Position numbers and translations under genes: made by a program
Virus record (IMG/VR): IMGVR_UViG_3300022602_002355
Coordinates: 1 to 57,815 of that record
Strand: one strand, 5' to 3'
From: a virus
Taxonomy: Duplodnaviria > Caudoviricetes
Length of the DNA stretch: 57,815 nucleotides
In this document: one piece after another, positions 1 through 8,100 of the stretch
Position numbering within the stretch: position 1 is the stretch's first letter
Layout: every line of letters starts with the position of its first letter
Notes under the pieces: model-generated
What the model saw: only the letters and a program-made list of their open reading frames with translations
Database searches by the model: none
What the model was told of the DNA's origin: nothing

Positions 1-345
1 CATCATCATTTCATCCGAGAAGGAGAGTACATCGATGCTAGTAGCGATCGTGTTAAACAGGTTGTTGATAGCTGGCGCGGTGTGCGTCCAACTTTACACT
101 ATAGCATTAGCCGGGAAGATGTATTAGTCGGCCACGATCCATTCACTTTACCCGAAATGCCCTTGCTGTTGGAACAGGGATACCGCAAGCAGAAATTACG
201 AGCACACAGCAACTTTATGTGGAACAAACCAGTTAACGAATGGGCCTACAAATTTTGGGAAAATTTTGATGTGATGGTGGAAGCCAAGGCGAAGAATCTT
301 GCCAGTTTTGAGCTATATGAGTTCTGGAAAAGCCTTGAAGAATAA
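1..345 (+). CDS. uvsE: UV-damage endonuclease UvsE/UvdE, C-terminal part (5' truncated by window)
   Basis: Frame is open from base 1: HHHFIREG...WRGVRPTLHYS...LRAHSNF...DVMVEAKAKNLA, matching the UvsE HH, HxS, AHS and MxEAKxK motifs. Confidence 0.85.
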   Translation, partial: HHHFIREGEYIDASSDRVKQVVDSWRGVRPTLHYSISREDVLVGHDPFTLPEMPLLLEQGYRKQKLRAHSNFMWNKPVNEWAYKFWENFDVMVEAKAKNLASFELYEFWKSLEE

Positions 346-413
346 GTGACTACGGTTCTTTAACTTAAAACATACACCCCTGCCAATACCTAATTGAGTA
401 GCACATCATCTAC

Positions 414-442
414 AAAAAGAAAAAGCACCCGAAGGTGCCTTT
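414..442 (-). terminator. Intrinsic terminator with cUUCGg loop
   Basis: Minus strand reads GCACC-TTCG-GGTGC-TTTTTCTTTTT, just after the stop of 461..748. Confidence 0.85.
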
Positions 443-460
443 ACTAAAACAAAATAAATC

Positions 461-748
461 TTACTTTGACTTTGGCTTGACTGCTGTCTTCTTTGCAACT
501 GGCTTCTTAACAGCTGGCTTCTTTGCAGGAGCCTTTGTTGCTTTTACTGCTTCTGCTTTAGGAGCACGTGGTTTACGTGGCTTCTTAGCAGGTGTTGAAA
601 GAGTTAATGGCTCTAAATCCAAAGCAACTGCAACAGGGTCTAATGCTGGAGCAGTAGTTACTACTTCTGCTGGTGCATCAACTTTATATGGTGCAACTGC
701 TACTTGTTCAGTAAAACCAAAAAACTTCTTGATATGTTTAATAACCAT
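461..748 (-). CDS. Small Lys/Ala/Pro-rich basic (histone H1-like tail) protein
   Basis: AAAAAGGA RBS, upstream TAAATA, PAKK/AVKK repeats, downstream terminator. Confidence 0.7.
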   Translation of the reverse strand: MVIKHIKKFFGFTEQVAVAPYKVDAPAEVVTTAPALDPVAVALDLEPLTLSTPAKKPRKPRAPKAEAVKATKAPAKKPAVKKPVAKKTAVKPKSK

Positions 749-779
749 GATTGTTCCTTTTTGAAAAGTTATATACGTA

Positions 780-799
780 TATTTAACTATTCATAAATA
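780..799. promoter_or_regulatory. Divergent T4-like late promoters
   Basis: TATTTA 780-785 (minus-strand TAAATA) and ATAAATA 793-799 (+). Confidence 0.65.
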
Positions 800-824
800 T
801 CAGTAACAGAAAAAGGATCAAGAT

Positions 825-924
825 GTCAAGTGCCAATTTACCTTTAAACCACATTGGCTGTACTACGCAAAGACAGGGAAAGTTCGTAGTTAGGGGTCCT
901 TGGATGCCCTGTTAACCACTTGAC
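825..924. ncRNA. Candidate structured RNA (multi-stem or pseudoknot) upstream of SOD
   Basis: GTCAAGTG/CACTTGAC, GCCAAT/ATTGGC, ACTACG/CGTAGT and ACAGGG/CCCTGT complementary pairs within 100 nt. Confidence 0.45.
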
Positions 925-937
925 GAGATATTTACCT

Positions 938-1492
938 ATGTATAATTTCATTAGAACAATAGCTGAAGGGCGTACTCCAAAAGAGCTTAAACAGGTACCA
1001 TTACCTGTAGCTCGAGATGGTTTGGGTCGTAGCCTGAGTAAACAAGCTGTAGATTACCATTATGGCAAATTATACAAGGCCTATGTTGACCGTTTTAACA
1101 GCGGAGAAGGGGATGCCGATTTTAATGAAGCAGGCGCCTTCTTACACAGCATATACTTCAGTCAGTTCCGTAGCCCAAAAGGATCTAACAATCCAGTCGG
1201 AAACATACTAGAATTCATCGAAAAACATCAAAAAAGTTGGGATAAATTCAAAGAAAAGTTTGAAAAAACTGCCATGGGTATACAGGGTAGCGGATGGGTT
1301 TATTTGTCTAAAAGCGGCGAAATTAAGACCATTACTAACCACGAAATTAAAAATGATATTGTATTGTTAATCGATTGGTGGGAACATGCCTGGGCATTAG
1401 ACTATCAAGCAGATAAAAAGAAGTATCTAGAAAATCAATGGAAAATTATTGATTGGGATGTAATCAATACTAGAATCAACGGTATAACATAA
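938..1492 (+). CDS. sod: Fe/Mn superoxide dismutase
   Basis: YHYGKLYKAYV, FLHSIYF, GIQGSGW, IDWWEHAW (His/His/Asp/His ligands); ATG 938 preferred over TTG 920. Confidence 0.9.
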   Translation: MYNFIRTIAEGRTPKELKQVPLPVARDGLGRSLSKQAVDYHYGKLYKAYVDRFNSGEGDADFNEAGAFLHSIYFSQFRSPKGSNNPVGNILEFIEKHQKSWDKFKEKFEKTAMGIQGSGWVYLSKSGEIKTITNHEIKNDIVLLIDWWEHAWALDYQADKKKYLENQWKIIDWDVINTRINGIT

Positions 1493-1502
1493 GGGGAATA
1501 TT

Positions 1503-1736
1503 ATGTCAGACAAGCCATTAGAAGTACGTGAAGCAACCGAAGAAGATTTTGATTTAGAAGACGATATTACAAGTGACGAAGATTATGGGTTTATCATAGG
1601 GCCCGATGGGGAACTAAAGAGATTGTTTTTGCCCGAGGGTTTCGATTTAGATCCTCCATTACGCATTAAAAGAATATTAAAACTATTTGGAATCAAGGAT
1701 ATTAATGCGGCAACAGAGTGGAATACTCTCCATTAA
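1503..1736 (+). CDS. Small acidic hypothetical protein
   Basis: AAGGGG RBS, ORF follows SOD. Confidence 0.65.
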   Translation: MSDKPLEVREATEEDFDLEDDITSDEDYGFIIGPDGELKRLFLPEGFDLDPPLRIKRILKLFGIKDINAATEWNTLH

Positions 1737-2020
1737 ATCTTACTAATATCTATATCGCTGTCGACGGGTAAATCCCATACCCGTTTACGCTCAACTCCCT
1801 TTCGTTGAGCAAATCTTTTAACATCACAGTTCGAGCAAACGTGAAAATAATTATTGCTCAAACGTCTGTGATCTAGTTTACCAATCTCTCTTTCAAAAAC
1901 ATCATTACAACTATCGCATCTAAACTCTGCGATAGTTTTTTTACGGTTGTAGACATGCACCTTGCCTAATTTGCTAGGTCGAGAATATTGCTTTTTAATT
2001 TGTCTTGTCTTTAAAAACAT
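1733..2020 (-). CDS. Basic zinc-ribbon protein
   Basis: CDSC...CSNC; minus-strand TAAATA at 2026-2031. Confidence 0.7.
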   Translation of the reverse strand: MFLKTRQIKKQYSRPSKLGKVHVYNRKKTIAEFRCDSCNDVFEREIGKLDHRRLSNNYFHVCSNCDVKRFAQRKGVERKRVWDLPVDSDIDISKI

Positions 2021-2025
2021 ATAGG

Positions 2026-2061
2026 TATTTACATTCGGATTATAAAATCCAAAACTAAATA
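2026..2061. promoter_or_regulatory. Divergent late promoters
   Basis: TATTTA 2026-2031 and CTAAATA 2055-2061. Confidence 0.65.
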
Positions 2062-2105
2062 CTGTTTGAAGTGCTATTTAGATATTAGCGACAAGGACAA
2101 AAAAC

Positions 2106-5100
2106 ATGGCTGGTCAAAGAACAATCAATATTGGTAATCAAAGCAATGACGGTACTGGTGACAGTATACGTGATGCGTTCAATAAAGTTAATGAAAACTT
2201 TAGCGACATTTATAACCTAGTAGGTGCAGGTAATGGATTCAGTTTCCTAAACCTAAACGAAGCTCCTAGTTATTTGCGAGCCAGTAATTCAGCTTCCGGA
2301 CAAGTAACAGTGTTAGGTATCAATGAGTTTGGTACCAAAATTCTTAACAAAACAATGGTTGCAGGTACTGGCATGCAGTTGGTATTGTATGATGATACTA
2401 TTATCATTAACAGTACATCTTCAAACTTGTCTTCTGAATCATCACCGGTCCTTGGTGGTAACTTAGATGGTCGAAATATCTATAACCTAGTTAACATGGA
2501 TAACAATGCCCCACACCATGACTACGATGCAGTTAGTCGCAAGTGGGTATATGATAACTTTGTAAACAGAGATGCAGAAACTGTTTATGATACAGGTGCC
2601 GGCAGTTCTTCGACAATATTTTACAGTTCTAGTACAATTAGACAAAATGTCAGTTTATTGACCACTGCTACAACTGGTACGCATTTGGTTAATAAATTCT
2701 ATGCTGATACTAAGATTGGCCTAGCAGGTACTTCAACTATTGACACATTCTCAGGATTACCAAATCCTGCATTAGGAACAATGACAGGGGCATTGTTACT
2801 ATTTAGAGATCCAGTAGATACTGATCATCCTAGTCAAGCCGCTACTAAAAATTATGTAGATAATAGTTCGTTTGTCAGCCAAGTTAACTTCTTTGTTAGC
2901 TTATATGGTAACGATAATAGAATCGATATTCCTGCTTACAAGAAAGGTCGTGCTTGGGCTTACGCATTTAAAACAATTAACCAAGCATGTTATGTTGCAG
3001 AACAATATTTGAACTCTACACAAGTTACACTAGGACCATACCAAAAAACAATTTCAATCTATAACGAAGAAGAATTTGTTACCTTAGCAAACTTGTCTAC
3101 TCCAAGTACAAGTGTACTTGATGCATCTCAATTTGGTATTACCCTAACTGTCGGGGTTCCAACAGCATTAGGGTCCGATGCTTTCCAAAATGGAAGTTTA
3201 TTCCCAGGTAACTATATTGTTGGTGCAAGATCAGGTGCCACCGCATTAATCGAAAGAATTACTACAGGTACAGAATCTTTAGGATCATTTGACTACTTTG
3301 AAAGATACGATGTTGTTCCAGTCGACTATGCTAGTTCATTTCCATCTGATCTAGAGTATCAAAGCGGTACCACAGCAACTACTATTACATATCGTTTTGT
3401 TACTCCTAACCTAATTAAGATTCCAAGTTTCTGGACAGACTATGGTTATACATTCAGAATAACAAGTGGTAGTCCAGATTATGCAACTGTTAGTCAAGGT
3501 ACTGTAGTTGAAACAGGATATTACACAGATGTAACAACAGGTTATGTGTATGATACCGTTACTGTTGATTTTACCCAAGGAACTTGGCCTACTAATACAA
3601 ATAATATTATCAACGGCAATTGGCATATCTACAGCGGATACGGCGGTACATTTGACTTAGGCGAAGAATTAATCTGGGGACAATATCAACCTAGAGAACA
3701 AATTACAATCAACATCGAATCAGGTGAGCACGAAGATCAATATCCTATTCGTGTTCCAAATAACGTTTCCCTAAAAGGTGACGAGTTTAGACGTAGTGTT
3801 GTTAAGCCTGCCAAATTATATGGATCACAAATTTCTAGTATTAGTGATTCTATTTTTGCAAATACAAAATTCTATCGAGATACTCAAGTTGACGGAATTA
3901 TTCCCGTACAACTTAACACATCTACAAACTATGCACAGCTATTAACTGATCCTATTAGCAATGCAACAACGGCTACTTATGCAGTTCCGTCTGCTGTTGT
4001 AAATTCAACACAAACAAACTCAACTGTATTCTCTGTTTACGAAGTAGGTACAAACGCAGAAGTTTATCCTCCTGCATCCTGGGTTGGGCAAGTATTCCAA
4101 GGCGGTGGAGGTCAAGGTGAAATTACCTCAGTTATTGGAAATACCTTTGCAGTTAACCTAGCTCAAAATGCAGAGTATGTTAATGAATTAACTGTTGCCT
4201 CAGGTACACAATTATTTGCAAATGGACATTACGGTACAAACAACTGGTATGCAGTTTATGAACCAATCAATTACGGATTCCATTATTTGCGAGATAGTTC
4301 ACGTTATCTTGACGTATTAACTACTACAACTAATAACGGTGGTTTCTTAAACGCGGCCGCTGTACTTGCAGAAAACAAAAAGTTTATTCAAACAGAAGTT
4401 ACAGATTGGTTTGCAACTAACTTTAGCTATTCTACAGCTACCCAAGAATTATGTTACAGAGATGCAGGTACTATTGTTGATGGCCTAGTTAGCGATTTAA
4501 CAACAGGCGGATGGTGGAGAACTGTCAACAACGGTGATAGTATTGTTAACTATGTAACAAGCCTAACTACAGCCTGTGTTGATACCATTTATCAAATTGG
4601 TGTAATCGCACAGTATGTTTTACAAAATACCACGTCGACAATTTATAATTCTCCAAGAGACTTTAGTTCGTCAATTACATACAACGAAAAGAGTTATCAG
4701 GTTAATGTATCAACTGCCACTGCGTTAGCTGTTGAAGTTGGTTGGACAATTATTGATCCTACTATTCCTGCAGGTTTCTCGACTATTACTGCTGTAAACA
4801 CATTTACCGGAGTATTAACTACTGACGTGGAAATGATTATCACTCCACGATTAACATTAACAAGTACAGCAACTTTTGTTGCACAAACTCTTGATGGTGC
4901 ATATACTTCTGAATCAGGTTCATATCTTGCGTTAGCAGACTTAGTACAAGCATGTGCTAGAATTGTTGCTAACGATCCTGCATTTAATCCTCCATTGTAT
5001 AACGATCAAATGGATGTGTTCTTAATGAACGATTCTACTATGATACGTTATTTGAGCTGTCAAGGCCATGGCGGTTTCATGAAGGTACTTGACCCTGCTG

Positions 5101-8100
5101 GTCAGATACTTGCAAAATCTCCATACACACAAACTGCATCTAGTTTCTCTAAGAGTTACAACCGTCATGTATTCAGCGGTGGTATGTTTGTTGACGGCTT
5201 TACCGGTAACGTTACTGCTACCCCTGATCCAAGTCAAGGAAGCTATGCACAATTAGATAGTAATAACCTTCCAACTAAGATTGCAGTTTATGGATTAGGA
5301 CGTCCTGATGTTTATAACACATCAACTTATGTAAGACCACAAACTCCGTGTTTCTTTGTAAACAACGGTATTACATACGATGTAGACTTTATTAGTGAAT
5401 TCGATCCTGTAGCTAACTACGGTGTGTTAAATCTTAATCCAGATGCGGCTGGCGGTGTTAAATCATTTACTTTCTCAGCTGGCAGTATTTCAGGATTTGC
5501 GGCAAATACAACAACTACACTAACATTTAGTAGTCCACAGGCACCAGGCGGTTTGGCCGCATACGGTACTGTAACCACTAACGGCACCGGTGTTGTTACC
5601 AATGTAACAGTTACATTCCCTGGCGTAGGATACGAAAGTGTTCCTACATTTACTATCGGTGGTGCTTTCCTAGGATTTAGCTACAATGCAGGAACTGGTG
5701 CTATTTCTGGATACAACATTATCCTTCCAGGTACTGGATATAAAGTAGGAACTCCAGTTAACTTTAATACTCCACAAGGCGGTACAGCGGCCGCGGCAAC
5801 TGTGTCTAGTGTGAACTCAAGTGGTGGTATTACTGGACTAACATTTAGCACTCATGGTACATTATACAATTCATCAAATGCTCCTGCAACATATACATTT
5901 GGTACTATAAACTATAACAATGTAACAATCCTAACCGAAGTAGGTTATTTAGGAACACTACCGACGGAGATTACTTTAGTTACTGCGGGTAACAGAAGTA
6001 TGTTGGCAAATGACTTTACGCAGTTAAATGACTTAGGTTACGGTATTTTTGCTACCAACGGTGGTTTTATTGAAAACGTTTCTATGTTCTCATACTACTG
6101 CCATACTTCTTACTATGCACTAAATGGTGCGCAATTAAGAACTATTACTGGTTCAAGTGCATACGGTGATTGGGGCTTGGTTGCTGAAGGTAGTAACCCA
6201 CAAGAAGTTCCTATTTCAGTTATCAATAAAAACCCAATGGTGGTTGAAGGTACTATTGTTAACACAGGAAATTATATTACCTTAGCAGGTGCTTCGACAA
6301 TTTATGTAAATTGCCCAGCAGGTTATATACCTCAGCTACAAAGCTATGTAGATATTTTACAAGATGGTTATGTTTATACCTATACTGTAAAGAGTGCCAC
6401 TTCTGTTGCAGATGGCAGTTATTCTAATTTATATTCTTTAGCAATTTCATATGGTGCGGCAGGAACAGGTCTTGCAGACGTTGCACCATTAGACGGTCAA
6501 GGAGTAACACTACGTATTGGTTACGATCAAGAATTAATTGGTCTACAATCAAGCGTTATCAGTCGCCCAAGCACTGCGATGATATTCAACGAAAATCCAA
6601 ATCAAGTTTATAAGATTTTATCTTATACTGATGAAGGTAATGATACTGTTATCGCAGAAGGTAATGTTGCTTATGATTACATCGTGCTTAACCCTTATAC
6701 AAACATAGCAGGTTTAGGTCAACAAGGTATTGGTAACATTAGTTGGGCAGACAAAAGGTATGTTGGTCCAAGTAATACACTACCAGTCGGTATCATTAAC
6801 TCGGGTACTGGTTATGCAAGCCTTGGCACATATCATGTTACGTTCCCAACTCCGCCGACTATTACTGCACAATCAAATGGCGTTAACGGAACTAATACTG
6901 CGCCAGTGAGTGTAATTAATATTACCGGTGCTAGTGGAACAATTCACCCTGGTATGATTTTCACAACAACTTCGTTGACAGCAGTTATTCCTGCTAATAC
7001 GTATGTTTCTTGGGCAAACTCTACAGGCAGTAATGTTACTACTGTTCGTTTAAACAATAACGTTTATGGATTGGCAAATAGTGATCATATCGGATTCGTT
7101 GGTGTAGCCGCGACAGGTACTGCTCACGTTAGTGCAATCAATACTATTGATTACATCCAATTAACAAATCACGGTGCAGGTTATCCTAACAATGTATTAT
7201 ACCAAACTGGTACTATTGATTCCCCAGGCGGTGGTGGTACACAAGCAACTGTAATCGGTAGTGTACAAGGTATCATCGGTTCAGACAGTATTAAGATTGC
7301 TCCATTAGGATCATTAGATCAAGCTCGTATTACAACCGGCTTGTCTGCATCAACACCATACTATTACTATTTTGGTTACCTAGGTAAGACCTACAGAATT
7401 ACCGGTTATACTCCTCCTTCAATCACAGGAGATGCAAGTTTTGGTGAAATTCAATTTGTTCTTGATTCAGACGGTGTAAGTGGATTACAAGACGAAATTA
7501 TTCTTCCAAATGCTGTTATCGGTATCGGCGGCAGTAACGCTGGTTTACAAGCAGGTATTGGAGCAGGCCAGACAGGTAACATCACTGTTAAGATTTCTAC
7601 ATTACGTGCTACGGCACATGACATGGTAGACGTTGGTACTGGCGGTTATGCTACAAGTAAGATTCCAAATGACTTATATGGTCCTCCATTGCAAGGTCCA
7701 TTCCAAAGTCAAGAAGTTAACATGATCGGTAAGGGTGTTGTTTATTATGTAACAACCGACCAAGATGGTAACTTCCGTGTTGGTGAATATTTTAACGTTG
7801 ACCAAGGTCACGGCACTGTTACAATTAGTGCTCCAATTGGTTTAAGCAACGTTGACAGTATTACATTCAAACGCGGTGATACAACTGTTAATAGATTTAG
7901 TACAGATGGTACTATGGCCGCAAACGCTACTACCAAAGTACCAGTCGAACAAGCGATTGTAACTTTTGTTAACAAACGTTTAGGTCTAGATCAAACAGGT
8001 GCGGTTTATCAACAGTCATTGTTAGGACCTGGCTTCTTAGATCGTACAGGTCTGTTGCCAATGACTGGTAACATCAACATGAATAGCGAAGCTATTATTA

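Noticed and set aside
435-764. Plus-strand 109-aa hydrophobic ORF
   Set aside because: Antisense shadow of the Lys-rich minus-strand gene, which has an RBS, promoter and terminator
825-924. tRNA or hammerhead ribozyme
   Set aside because: No T-loop GTTCRA in a cloverleaf context and no CTGATGA core on either strand
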